The translations under genes and the position numbers were made by a program. The notes beneath the pieces are model-generated. The model searched no databases. It saw only the letters and a list, made by a program, of their open reading frames with translations, and was not told where the DNA came from. A stretch of 64,000 bases of DNA from Tubulanus polymorphus (Eukaryota; Animalia; Nemertea), in the NCBI RefSeq assembly GCF_964204645.1, contig NC_134030.1:19676210-19740209 (forward strand), given 5' to 3'. Shown in pieces: positions 25,484 to 37,794 of this stretch. Within the stretch, counting starts at the first letter, position 1; each line of letters opens with the position of its first letter.

Positions 25484-25797
25484 CATCCTCGCTTGCCAGG
25501 GGTCCGGTATCACTTCCACCAGCCCCCTGGCCTCACGAGGCGTGATTTCATTACTGGCGCTGTTGCGCATGACGTCATATATCGATTTGCGAAATACTTC
25601 CTTGTTCAGTAAAACATTCGCTGATTGGTCCATTTAACGGGAAAACCAATAGAAGCCCAAAGTCGTTTGTTACAAGCGCTGTGATTGGTACGACCGGATT
25701 CTGGTCGGCTAGTAACGACTCCAACGACTCGTGAGGTCAAGGGGTTCGGCGAACAGCTTTAGCGTAGTGGGTTCGAATCCCTTGTCGGGTGAAGATG
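25484..25797. mobile_element. MITE, same family as 17475-17800, 9-bp TSD AGTCCAGAC
   Basis: AGTCCAGAC immediately before CATCCTCG and immediately after GAAGATG. Confidence 0.82.
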
Positions 25798-27033
25798 AGT
25801 CCAGACCCACTGAAACAAGGTATCATTTTTTTCATAGAAGGTAAGTAGCTATATAAGACAGGCAACCACACATACGGATGGATACGAGAATCAGGGTCTC
25901 GCGGAAGCCCGAGAACCAACAACAACGGAAACTGTTTTTTTTTTTCATAATTGTAATGAATTTATTTTACACAATAATAAAACTGTAAACGACAGAAAAA
26001 AATCGATCGATCAATATTAATTGAATCACTGAATCACGTCATATAAAGTGTGAGTGAGAAGGTAACGGACGGATTATAGAGAAACTGGTGAATCGGGTGT
26101 CAGGCGCAGATCCAGGGCCATTCGGTGACGACAGCACAGTGAAAAAGGGCACCAACTTTGAAAAGGGCCAGTATTGATGCCCAGCGAGCGAGTTTGAGTT
26201 TGAGTGCCATTTATTGGTATCATGCCACTTAATTTACCTTCACATACAATTTGCTTGTGCCTTTTTTAGATTTTTGGCGAAATTTGCCCTTTTTCGATTA
26301 GATTTATAGAGCAACAATAATGTCTCATTTAGAATAGTGCCCTTTTGAGTAAAGAAAAATGCCTTAGATTGCCTTTTTTGATTTTGGGCAATTTATTTTC
26401 ATTCACATTTTGCTTTAGTCCTAGTACAGAAAGGCAATTATTTCTTAAGGCGCACAAACAATTTTTCAAGGGCATTTGAAAACTGCGACTACCGCACGTG
26501 CTGCATGTGCCGATGATAGTCTGGATCCGCGCCTGGGACCTGAGACTCCCTAAAGCATAACGCGCACGGGAACGCGGAATCATACTTGTTTAATCTTGGA
26601 AACATTGTGTCCCGAAAACAGTGTCTCTCGTAAACGCGCACACGACACACGGAAACATGTTTTATGGGTCTTTTCATGTTTCCCTACGCCGTGCACGTTG
26701 GCCTCGTGTTTAGAGGGTCTATAGGTTCAATGACACCCATATACTAAACCTATAAGACCCATCAGCAGAATACCACGCATCGACATCATTGAACTAGTTT
26801 GGAAGGTTTATTAAGGCCCTTTTCGAAAACAATGTCAGCATCGATAAATCCCCCAATGACATCATCAAATCGATCAACTGCGGCGTGATCTGAAGACATA
26901 TCTGGCAGAGTTACCACAAGGGTGGCGCTGCCTCCATGTACAGTCAACCCCCGATATACCACCCTCCCATATACCGCCACCCCCGCCACCAGGTTTTCTC
27001 AATACATGTACATCTCTATACCTCTGATATACA

Positions 27034-27539
27034 TTTCCAAATTACAACGCAGTATTACACCAAAATGTCGTCAGATATTTCTAAATTACAATGCAGTATT
27101 ACACCAAAAATGCCGTCAGTTATATCCAAATTACAACGCAGTATTACACCAAAATGTCATCAAACATTTTCAAATTACAACGCGGTATTACACCAAAATG
27201 TCGTCAGATATTTCCAAATTACAACGCAGTATTACACCAAAATGTCGTCAGATATTTCCAAATTACAACGCAGTATTACACCAAAATGTCATCAAACATT
27301 TCCAAATTACAACGCGGTATTACACCAAAATGTCGTCAGATATTTCCAAATTACAACGCAGTATTACACCAAAAATGCCGTCAGATATTTCCAAATTACA
27401 ACGCAGTATTACACCAAAATGTCATCAAACATTTCCAAATTACAACGCGGTATTACACCAAAATGTCGTCAGATATTTCCAAATTACAACGCAGTATTAC
27501 ACCAAAAATGCCGTCAGATATTTCCAAATTACAACGCAG
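27034..27539. repeat. Minisatellite, 44-45-bp unit, about 11 copies
   Basis: TTTCCAAATTACAACGCAGTATTACACCAAAATGTCGTCAGATA repeated; explains the three overlapping repetitive ORFs. Confidence 0.95.
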
Positions 27540-28192
27540 CAATGCAGTATGTGTATTACACGTTACCTATACATGTAAACGTAGGCCTATAGATACTCGA
27601 ACATTCGGTGAACTACAAAATCTAGAGGTGCCTTGGAAATATCGGGGGTGAATCTTGGGTCTGACTCAGGAGGAGTGCGTCCCCAAATCAGGGTACATAA
27701 TATAATTAAAAGAAAGAAAGAAAGAAAGACAGCTCTTCGGAAAACATTGACTCAATTTTGGAAATACATATACAGAGGACAAGCATGTGAATTAAACCTC
27801 TTTTAGGTATCAGTTTAATATTTTTCATTTTCCGTCAAGATATTTCCGGAAAAATAACCATTTTCAAGTGTAATGCAGATGAATGATATATCACCGTAAA
27901 TGATAAAAGGTAGAAAGATTACAGCTGGAGTTGGTTGGAACAATAGATATAACCCAATTATGAAATCTTGTACCTAAGAAATTTGTCCGATATCCGAATT
28001 GGATAACGGTAAATCATCGAATAAAGACAGTCAGACCGTTTTGGGTCGTGTGACTTTGGTTTTGTTGGATGCAGCAACAGCTAACCGTGGATTAAGAACA
28101 ACCGCAATTGGTCTGATCATTCAGTTCCTTTCCAAGGACGTCGTGTTTGGTCCAACCAAGATAACGAGTACAGCAAGTACCAAAAACAAAAC

Positions 28193-28445
28193 CAGGGGCA
28201 TATCTAGGGGGATGTCGGGGTGTCCGGAACCCCCTCAACTTTGAAGTGCCCTCAAAAATGTCACCCTAAAATTTTTTTGACCAAGGTTTTCCACCTATAA
28301 TATTTTTTTTCAACGCATGAAATGACCGAAAGCACCCCCTAAATAGTGTAGAAGTATCCAGAGTACGTGGTGTTTCGTAAAAAGTGCCCCTTTTTCTCAT
28401 TGGACACCCCCCCCCCCCATGAAAAATCCTAGATCCGCCCCCCTG
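28193..28445. mobile_element. hAT-like MITE with 5-bp TSD AAAAC
   Basis: AAAAC|CAGGGGCATATCTAGG...CCTAGATCCGCCCCCCTG|AAAAC. Confidence 0.7.
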
Positions 28446-29028
28446 AAAACTATTTCTATCAGCCGTTGTTTAATTTGGAATCTGATCGGATAACTGCGGA
28501 TGGCAATTTATTACAACTGGATATAATTATGTGGAGTGAGGAATTCGACACTGTATCGAAGAGACAAACAAAAAAGCGTTAATAAGGAACAAGTTGTTGC
28601 CGTTTGATGACAAAGTAAGAATGTCTCTGTGACTGGAGCGAGCGAGTCAGTCCATTCGAGCAAACATTTAGGTTTATTATGAACTAATTTTTTCTGTTTC
28701 TCCTTAAAATCCTTAAACAAATCCTGAGGTTAATTACGGCATTGGAAAACTATGACGTACTACATAACGATTCGAGCATCGAATAACTATAGGTCCCTTT
28801 TTCGAAATCGCGGCATTAAAACGAATCTCACACGTTTACAAAAAAAATCAACGCTTTTTCCCATCTTTTTCCGAAACAAATTATGGCAGTAAATTATTTT
28901 TGTAGAGATATCTTTTAATCTAAAAACGTAGACTGGTTCATTCACCAATAAACAGGTAATAGTCATTTCAATCGCAAATCTACAATTAAAACATGGCCAT
29001 TAGTACGGTAGTAAAACTATGATTTGCA

Positions 29029-29470
29029 CCACTAGATGGCCCTATTAGTCGACTAGCAGTGATAATGATTCGAACCAATAGGTGGCACTGTTTCATCTAC
29101 CGGATGGCGTACGAAGTGAAATCAATATTATCCACCAGGTGGCACATCAAGTTGAAGTAATTACTATCCACTGGATGGTTTTGTAGGTGAACCACTTTCG
29201 TAGATGGCGTTCTTAGTCAAATCAAATTCATCCACCAGATGGTAAACTTTTACACATCGATTTCACCCACCACTCCATCAGATGGCGTACTTAGTCAAAT
29301 TAGTTCCATCCACTAGATGGCCTACTAAGTAAAATCAGTTCCAGCCAATGGAGGGCACGTAAATTAACTCATTCATCAACTCATTCATCCACCAGATGGC
29401 GTATATGTAAATATATATCTACCACTAGTTGGCGTACTAGTAAAATGTTGAACTCTACCACTAGGTGGCG
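29029..29470 (+). repeat. Degenerate 22-47 bp spaced array whose conserved core matches the CTCF motif (CCACYAGRTGGC)
   Basis: About 13 same-orientation cores, e.g. CCACTAGATGGC 29029, CCACCAGGTGGC 29132, CCACCAGATGGCG 29389, CCACTAGGTGGCG 29458. Confidence 0.6.
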
Positions 29471-30038
29471 TGCTGAGTGGTATATTTTGATTTTATTGTG
29501 TAGGTTCGCTGCATACCTGTCAACCCAAACAGTTCCCGCGTATTTTGTACAGGATATTCAGATTCATATTCGTCTACAGGATAGAGGTGATCATTTTACT
29601 CGATCATGAAATATCAGCGTCTCTTCAATTTCGTACACTGAAACTATATAATCAAATACATGAACCTTATTCTGGGCGAGGCTTAAAAACTGGTACCTTG
29701 TTTCTCCTAATCCGCCAAGTCACTTTTGTAATAACTGTAATCATCAGTTCATTTCGATTACTGTTTCTTTCAGTTTCATCACGATTTTAAAAGAAGTCAT
29801 TTACAGGGCAGATGAACAGTCAGCCGGGTCAACTTTTAAGCTCAGCAGAGATGAGAAACAAGGTTGAATTTTCTTAAACCCGAGGTTTAGCCATATATCT
29901 ATATAACGTGTGTCAAATGATTGATGAAGTAAACCTCAGCAGTTATATCCATAAATGCCAATTATCATCATAATTATTATTATTATCGTTATCTAATAAT
30001 GATAATAATGATCGATTTGTATATTTGAAATGATAATA

Positions 30039-30208
30039 CAGTCAACCCCCGATATACAGCCCTCGCGTATACCGCCACCCCTGCCTACAGCCATCTCAAA
30101 ACAAATACGTAGTACAACATCCCCGATATACCGCCCTCCCATTTACCGCCACCCTCGCCTACCGCCAGGTTCCGTGTCGATATGTGCGGTATATCCGGGC
30201 TTGACTGC
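30039..30208. mobile_element. Tc1/mariner-pogo-like MITE (TA|CAGTCAACCCCCGATATAC...)
   Basis: Inverted termini CAGTCAACCCCCGATATAC / GTATATCCGGGCTTGACTG; partial copies at about 26941 and 38880-38942. Confidence 0.6.
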
Positions 30209-30375
30209 AGTTATAATAATAGTATTATTATAATAACTATTATTATTTGGAATGCAAGTATCGATCATTTCATGTGAGGGGGACTGCGCTCAGGGGTTGA
30301 CAGGTATGAATCAGTTCGATCCACTAGGTGGTGATTGCAGTGATGATTATCTAAATGTACTGTCGGTGTTTCTGT

Positions 30376-33300
30376 TCAGCAGTCCGGCGGCGCCTCCGGT
30401 ATTTGTTGTCCGTTGATCATCAGTATATGTATGATACCCTGTCGTTGTTTACCGCTGCTGACGGCTTTGATGAACGCCGTGTAATCCGGCGCACCGGGGA
30501 TCTCGAAGTGAGTGGCGGCCCCGTCGTCGTCATCATCGCCAAACTGACCCTGCAATGACGAATTCGGACAAATAGAATTTCAGGTAGACCGTGCTGAATC
30601 AGTTGAGAATAACAATATCCGTGATAAGACGTTGAGTAAAAATCCCACAATAAATGAATGAATCCACAAACAGCAAAAATTTGACGTTTTATCAGCACAC
30701 TTTCAAAAACTGATCGTCCACACTTCACATGTGTTCAGTGCTTCATCTGAGACATTTCTAATTGAAAATGAGCTACAAACACCAGATATTAGACATTTTA
30801 TCAGCACACTTTCAAAAACTGATCGTCCACACTTCACATGTGTTCAGGGGCCGGTTACATAGTCTTGGCTCAGACTTAAGACCATGTTAGTTCTATAGCC
30901 AATGTAACAACTTAAGACCAATCTTAAGACTTAAGACCACTTATGGACTTAAGTCTCGACTGTGGAACCGCCCCCCCCATTAGACTTAAGACAAACTTAG
31001 TTCTATAGCCAATCTAACAACTTAAGACCACTTTTGGTCTTTAGTCTTGACTATGGAACTGGCCCCTGGACTTCACCTGAGACATTTCTAAATAAATTGG
31101 TAGGCCTTTAGGCCTAAATTGTTAGGGTGATGCTGATGTAGACTGCAAATTAGTAACAGTGGAAACTATTTGGTCAATACTTACTGCTGTGTCGACCTTC
31201 TGACCATTCACCCAAACATCACATGTATCTTTCTCTGAAATTATAAGACACCGACTGTGTTAAGCGAGAAATTAACCTCGTGCTCCTGTTTGGGTCCGCC
31301 CCTGGTTATCACCCCAGGAGGCTACTTACACATCTACCTGGTTGAGAATATGAATTAATTTTCATGCAAATATCAAACGGTAACGAAAATTTAGTGTGAA
31401 TGATCGATTGCTCGTTGATTGACAGCGATTAAAGCTTATTCGGGATTTGAACGAATCGATGAAATCATGCACTTAAAGCACCAAATCATATTGAATCACG
31501 ACAAGCTAAGCACATTCAGCCAATGATGCTACTGCGGCAAGCGAACATCCACCAGGTGTTGCTGTGTGCTGTTAAAGAACACCATCTACTACGACAATAG
31601 AGGATTCTATTTGTGGCGAGTGAGGATCCACCAGGTGTCGCTAGTGCACAGCAGGTCACTCAACTACTGCAACAATACAGGATTTCACGTGTGCCAAGTG
31701 AGGATCCACCAGATGTCGCTAGTGCACAGTAGGACATCAACTACCGCGGTAATAGAAGATTCCACTCATGGATTCCCCTTTGAAAATTGTAGTATTGGTA
31801 ATTCAATTTGTCGCCAGGTGTCGCTAGCGTGCAGTAGGACATCAGATGTCTGAGACTAACAAAACTAATGTTTTCTACCTGTAAATAGGCTACAGGGGCT
31901 GCAGTTGCTCAAAGGTTGATTTGAGTCAACCAGCGGATAGTTGACATAGTGACGATTGACAGTTCAATGTTACCAAATAGTATCCATTCACAGGACCCAG
32001 TTCCACAGTTGTGAGTTAGGATTTGACTCGGAGTTAACTCATTGCAAATGAACTAACTTTAACCCAGGGTTAACTCTAACTCACAACTGTGAAACTGGGT
32101 CCTGGTTATCTTTAACCAAATTTTGACCAACTGGCCCCGGGCCGTCGTTTAAAGCGTCGACTACCCAGACTATGTCGGGCGCTCGCGTGTATCCGACGGA
32201 ACGCAAGCGCCCCCTATAGACCTACCATACACTATTCTCGTATTCCGACCGTTGACCGTCGCGATCCACGTGCGTAGATTATGCCGCATGTTCTCGCGGA
32301 ACTTCTTCAGCGTTTTACCGCCGACGACGAGAGTGTATTCATACGCGAACCCGTTCACGGCGTTGATGTGCACGACGCAGTTCGTGTCGTTCACGCGGAA
32401 CGCGTTCTTGCCGACGAGTTTGAACATCCAGTCCTGACGATGGACCTCCTACCACCACGGCACAACGACAACAACATAAAACAACAACAACGCGCAACAT
32501 GCAATAACATAAAACAAAAACAACATGCAGCGTTTTCAATAAGAGCCAGGTCCCAGGTCCGTCTGTCGTTTGTAAAGGACCCGCCTGTTACTTCAAACAA
32601 GCTTTCGTTTCAGGGGCTGTGACATATTATGGGACCCTCCTGTTTTTCAAAGGGACCTGGCTTGTTAATTTCTTATTGAAAACACTGACATGTAGTCTCG
32701 AATTCCTTCATCCATTAGATAACCAGTAAAATGCAGGATTCAGTTCCGCAGCTGTAGGACCTGGGTTTAATTAGACTTTCCGAACTCAAGTTCCACAATC
32801 GTGTGGGTTTAAATTGGTTTCGGACCCATTTCCACAGTTATGCGTCGGTTAAGTTGACTACGAATCCAGTTCCACAGTGAGTTGTGTCGGTTTAATTTGG
32901 CTCGAGGTTTGGATCCAGTTCAGGGTTCAGAGTCGAATTATACCCGCACAACTGTCGAACCGGATCCAGCGTCAAATCAAACCCATATAACTGTGGAACT
33001 GGATCTAGAGACAATTTAAATCCATGGAGCTGGGTCTTAAATCAAATCAAAAAGAGGAATATAGATGAATATAGATATATGTTTTCTCATCACAATGGAA
33101 TAGGCCTATACGTGTATGGACAGATAGCTGTGCTCTTCAACGAAAAACCGATAAGCTCGACTTTCGGTGCTGTGCATTAAGTTCTTTCACATGACACATT
33201 TCGGCAGAAAATGATCTTGACAGAACTTCTTGGCTGCAGATAGGCAAAGGCAATGTCAGAAGGCACTACATGTTATAGCTACATACATTTGCCTAGGAGT

Positions 33301-36300
33301 AATTATCTTGAAGGATATTTACTCCTAGGCCTGTATTATCACGCCATGTTGACATGCAAAACTGAATTTACCAGAGGCGGATTTAGGAACATTTTGGAAG
33401 GCCGGAAGAAAAGAAAAGGCATTTCTCGGATAAAGCTACCAAGTCAAAGGCCACAAGCGAGGTTCCACGCTCGGTGGTAAGATATTTTTGAAGAAATTCA
33501 TCCTAAAAGATGCAAATTCTGAGAGCGTGTCAAATTTACACATTTTTCAGTTTCAACTTTAGCCAGTCTAGATGAAAAGGGCAACCTCAGTAGGAAGGCA
33601 CTCGTCCCGCCCCCGAGACCACTCCCTAAATCCGCCTCTTGAAATGATTTTCAAACGTGCTAATTATCTGATTAATCGGCCTCTATGGAAAGAAAATGGC
33701 TGCCCCTGTTTACAACAAATTTAAACAATAAAATCACATAATGTTATTACATGATGTCATTGGCCGATACACAAAAAGGTGGCCATCTTTTTCCGAAGAG
33801 ACTGATTCGTGCGGTACTGGCAGCGCATACCAGATGGCGCACCGATACACTAGGGTGATACGTAGTGAGAATTAATCATATTCATTTTCAATGAAATTCG
33901 AACTTGATTTTTTAGGCTAAAAGTGCGAATTTCACTTCTCGTTGGTTAACTAATCGGTAAAGTTAATTCGAATTCGATTGAAACGCAAAAGGAATTAAAG
34001 CGTGGGGCTACCACTAGCGACACCTGGTGGATCGTTGCGGAATCCTCAATAGAACAGATTAAGGTTAACCCTTTCAGTGCGTCTACACCGCAGTGCGATG
34101 TGTAAATCAGTGATAGATTTTGCTAGTACACCGCACTGCGGTGTATTGATGTAATTAGTAATTATCTCTATTGAAAGACGGCAGCACCTGTCAAACATAG
34201 TGAAATATCAGTAACTAACGATACACCGCACTATAGTGGTATTTCCGTTATTCAACACACTAGGGTGGAATTTCTTAAAATTTTCAAATTATCTCCAGCA
34301 CTATTAGGGTATTGATTAGTCAGCACTGAAAGGGTTTATTTTCAATTCGTAATTTTGGAAATCCTGTAAACGTGCCTCACTCGGACATTGCCGACTGGGA
34401 CTTTTGACTTAGCCTAACTCGACCAATTTCGCTGGTCGAAGTTAGTCCGACTTTGACAGGTTTATTGAAGCGAGAACTTTTAGAATTAACCCCTTCAGTG
34501 CTGATTAATTAACATCCGAAAGTGATGGAGACAATTCCACCCAACCAGTGTGTCCGATCACGGCCATACCGCTTATAGTGCATCTACACCGCAATGCGAT
34601 GTATCGTTAGTTACTAATGTTTCACTACGTTTCACAGGTGCTGCCATCTTTCATTAGCGATTATAACTAATTGCTAAATAACATCAATACACCGCGACTC
34701 GGTGTACAAACAAAGCTAATCACCAATTTATACACCGCACCGCGGTGTATCGTCAGTTACTAATAGTTCACTATGTTCACAGGTGCTGCCATCTTTCAAT
34801 AGCGATTATAACTAATTGCTTAATAACATCAATACACCGCGACTTGGTGTACAAACAAAGCTAATCACCAATTTATACACCGTACCGCGGTGTAGACACA
34901 ATGAAAGGGTTGAGGGAATTTCTGAGTAAATACAGTAAATACGGGTCGGTGTGGGGGGGGGGGGGGGCACTGTGACTCACCAAAGCATACCCTATAGGGG
35001 GCGTTAGTAAGCGTGAATATCCACGTTTTTAGATTGCGTCGTTGATTTTCGCGGAACTTTTTCAATTCTTTGCCGTTGATTTCGAGCGTGTATTCGTAAA
35101 TGAATCCGTTGACGGCTTCGATTTTCACGACGCACGACGCCGCGCCGATTTTGAACGTCTCCTCGCCGACCAATCGAAACATCCAATCCTCTCTGAATAC
35201 CTCCTTGAAATCAATTCGGGGAATTACGTTAATTCGCGGTTTGAATGTCGTATCTAATTCGATAATTCGAAATCAGGCACGGGCCGCGCTTTTTTTGAGG
35301 GGCGGTAGTTGGTAGTTCTACCGTGGAAAGCGGCCCTTTTCGTTTGAAAAAGGACACATCTGGAATACAAAGTGCCCCGGTACTTGAATAAATTATGTGA
35401 GAATGGTTTGCTTTTCATATTGCAAAAAAAAAACCCAGAAAAAGTGTATCCAAATTTGGCAAAATTTTGACCCAAATTTTTTTCACTGACTTCATAGCAC
35501 TATGACCATATATGGAGTAGGCACTATCCAAAAGCTCCATTCCGCCGAGGTTGTTTGTTTTGAAATCATTACAAGCCGATACGCCGATGGATACTGGGAA
35601 ATGGGCGTTATTTCAAGAGCGCGCAACATTTTATAATCAGTGCAGAGCCCTCTATCGTGACAGCTGCTTTTTGCGGATTGTTGTCAGAAGAAAAAGCAAT
35701 TCGTGCACAGATTTAATAAAAGAACGTAGCATCGAAATTATCCGAGAGCCTCTGTCAATACTAGGCTACGTGTGAGCCGACTATTCAGTTAGCGTTAGAC
35801 TATTAAGGGTCTAAAACTATCGTTTCGGTTAAACAAATGTTAAAGTGCGGTATTATTAGCTAAATTATCAAATGTCGATGAATATAAATTAGCGAGTTAG
35901 AATTAAAATTGACTAAGGGATACCATGTGTGATGAAAATAACAGCACGAGAGGAGGGCTTCTGTAGTTGAGTTCTAAATTTCACGTTTTAAACAGTAAGT
36001 ACCCACTTCAAGTAGGCCTAGGTCAGGATTTCCGGGGTCAAATAGGTCACGATTTTGGTAGCCCTCCTGGGCCCAGTTCCATAGTCATGGCTTAGACTTA
36101 GGACCAATTTAAGACCATCTTAGTTCTACAACCAATCTAACAACTTAAGACCAGTCTTAAAATCTAAGACCATTTTTGGACTTAAGTCTCAACTGAGGAA
36201 CCGGCCCCTGATCAAATCTTAAGACCTAGTTTTAAAATGCCAACTCGGACTGACACAAGGGCCTAACGTGCTTAAAGGGGGCCACAATACTTTTCCGAGA

Positions 36301-36653
36301 TGTACAGAAGAGTCGCCTTTGGGCTAGGTTTGGGCGCGCCCGTTAATGATACCAGCTCGGGGGTGGGGGGTATAAAATGCCAAATCCGTTTGACACAAGG
36401 GCCTAACGCGCTTGAACGGGGCCACGATACTTTTCCGAGACGTACTACGGAAGAGTCGCCTTTGGGCTAGGTTTGGGCGCGCCCGTTAATGATACCGGCT
36501 CGGGGGTCGGGGGGGATAACTCACCTTGCCGTCGACGCGGATGACCCGTTTACCGGTGGTCGTACCGTGTTCGAATTCGATGCGATGCAGTTTATCGCTC
36601 AACGCCAGTTCCCAAACGGCTACCAGATCTCCGCTGAACTCCGACGCCGCCAT
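30376..36653 (-). CDS. FAIM: Fas apoptotic inhibitory molecule (FAIM), 191 aa, with two alternative versions of coding exon 2
   Basis: Exons 36653-36525 (MAASEFSGDLVAVWELALSDKLHRIEFEHGTTTGKRVIRVDGK), then 35203-34981 OR 32448-32226, then 31234-31185 (EKDTCDVWVNGQKVDTA) and 30549-30376 (GQFGDDDDDGAATHFEIP...SSGKQRQGIIHILMINGQQIPEAPPDC*). All introns GT-AG with compatible phases. FEHGTT-GKR, WMF(K/R)LVG and YEYTL motifs are diagnostic of FAIM. Confidence 0.92.
32226..32448 (-). CDS. FAIM: FAIM exon 2b (alternative, 223 nt)
   Basis: EVHRQDWMFKLVGKNAFRVNDTNCVVHINAVNGFAYEYTLVVGGKTLKKFRENMRHNLRTWIATVNGRNTRIVY; acceptor GGTAG, donor GTAGGT; phase 0 to phase 1. Confidence 0.85.
34069..34334. mobile_element. 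piggyBac-like MITE (TTAA|CCCTTTCAGTGC...GCACTGAAAGGG)
   Basis: TIRs with TTAA-type flanks. Family copies at 34490-34909, 51704-51831, 53768-54046, 56482-56759, 59023-59314, 60507-60777, 61004-61272 and a partial near 50960-51200. Confidence 0.8.
34490..34909. mobile_element. piggyBac-like MITE, inverted copy with internal duplication
   Basis: TTAA|CCCCTTCAGTGC...ATGAAAGGG; an internal segment of about 145 bp is duplicated. Confidence 0.75.
34981..35203 (-). CDS. FAIM: FAIM exon 2a (alternative, 223 nt)
   Basis: EVFREDWMFRLVGEETFKIGAASCVVKIEAVNGFIYEYTLEINGKELKKFRENQRRNLKTWIFTLTNAPYRVCF; acceptor TTTCAAG, donor GTGAGT; phase 0 to phase 1. Confidence 0.88.
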
Positions 36654-36869
36654 TATTTTCTCTTGCGATCGCGTGGTGCCGTCCTGCTCTTCGTAATCGA
36701 CTGCCGTCACCGCGATACTAGTGACATCGAAACCTGCATTAAACAAAAAAAGAACAGGTAGATAATGAGCTTCTATTATCATGAATTTCACCCCGCCTTT
36801 TTGCAGTGGATATTTTACCATACCTATACGGCTGAGTATTTATTTCCGTTATTTTACCATACATCGTCG

Positions 36870-36902
36870 CTGATTGGCTGATTAACGCCGCGCATGCGCG
36901 CA
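36870..36902. promoter_or_regulatory. Putative FAIM promoter elements: NRF1-like palindrome and CCAAT box
   Basis: CGCGCATGCGCG at about 36889-36900 and GATTGG (CCAAT on minus strand) at about 36872, just upstream of a 5' UTR exon (donor 36824, acceptor 36733). Confidence 0.45.
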
Positions 36903-36968
36903 GAGGTGCGCGACTCAGAAAATTCAAGGAAAGTGTGGTGAATAGAGTCAGAGAAAAATAGAGCGGAA

Positions 36969-37034
36969 AGAGCGAGACTCGAACCCGGGCCAGTAAATTA
37001 CTAGCGCAGCGTCATACCACTAGATTACCGAGCT
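36969..37034 (-). mobile_element. tRNA-derived SINE head or tRNA-like relic
   Basis: Minus strand AGCTCGGTAATCTAGTGG (A-box-like)...GGGTTCGAGTC (B-box-like); no clean cloverleaf. Confidence 0.4.
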
Positions 37035-37531
37035 CGCTGAAAACCAACCGAATGTTTTAACTATCTATAGTAGGTACCTCACCTTACCCTAATCCTATCC
37101 CTAGGGGTAAAACGGAACACTCTGGACCCTTTTCTCACCATCTCGACACTTACCCTATCGAAACCCTAAACCCTAAACCTAATATAATGATTTTATTGTT
37201 ACTTTTTATTAGTTAATACTATAGTAATAATGTTCGGTAAAATAGCGGGGCTTTTACCAGCGGGGCAGACCCGCACGTCTCGTGATTGACGCAATCTACT
37301 GAATAACAGAATCCAGGCTAACATCTTTCTAGTGAAGATAACTTAACCAATGGCAATCGCAATGTAGGCCTACTGAATTGCTGATGACATTTTGAATCTG
37401 AAACGATGATATTTGATGTAATTGATTGAACCGTTTACACGATGCTGATCTGCACTCTGTCTAACTAACTGTGTCTGGTAAGTAGTAGATACGTGATGAT
37501 AGAGTCGTAGAGATAGTGTCTGTAGATAGTG

Positions 37532-37794
37532 TCTCATTTCAATCGCTCATAACTTCGTAACCCATCGACCGATTCGCACGAAATTGGTTTCGTTTCATTC
37601 CTAAGAGGTTACTTTTTCGTTTGAAACCCTCCGCGACAAAATCGGATAAGAGACACACGAGAATTCACGACTCAAACCCGAAAAATGAGTCAACTCAAAA
37701 TAGCCAAAGCCGGAATTACTAGGACGTCTCAGAGCAGTCGATTTCCGGCGAAAAACGATGAGTTACGCCGAAGTTATGAGCGATTGAAGTGAGA
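37532..37794. mobile_element. MITE with about 26-bp TIRs
   Basis: TCTCATTTCAATCGCTCATAACTTCG...CGAAGTTATGAGCGATTGAAGTGAGA. Confidence 0.65.

Noticed and set aside
26922-27651. Three 186-218 aa ORFs
   Set aside because: All three frames read through a 44-bp tandem repeat.
32226-32448. Second, separate FAIM gene
   Set aside because: No second first exon or second set of 3' exons found; identical length and phase fit a duplicated alternative exon.
36654-36821. N-terminal extension of FAIM suggested by ORF 36486-36821
   Set aside because: The ORF start lies inside the 5' UTR intron (36734-36823); after splicing, the upstream exon has an in-frame stop, so translation most likely starts at 36653.
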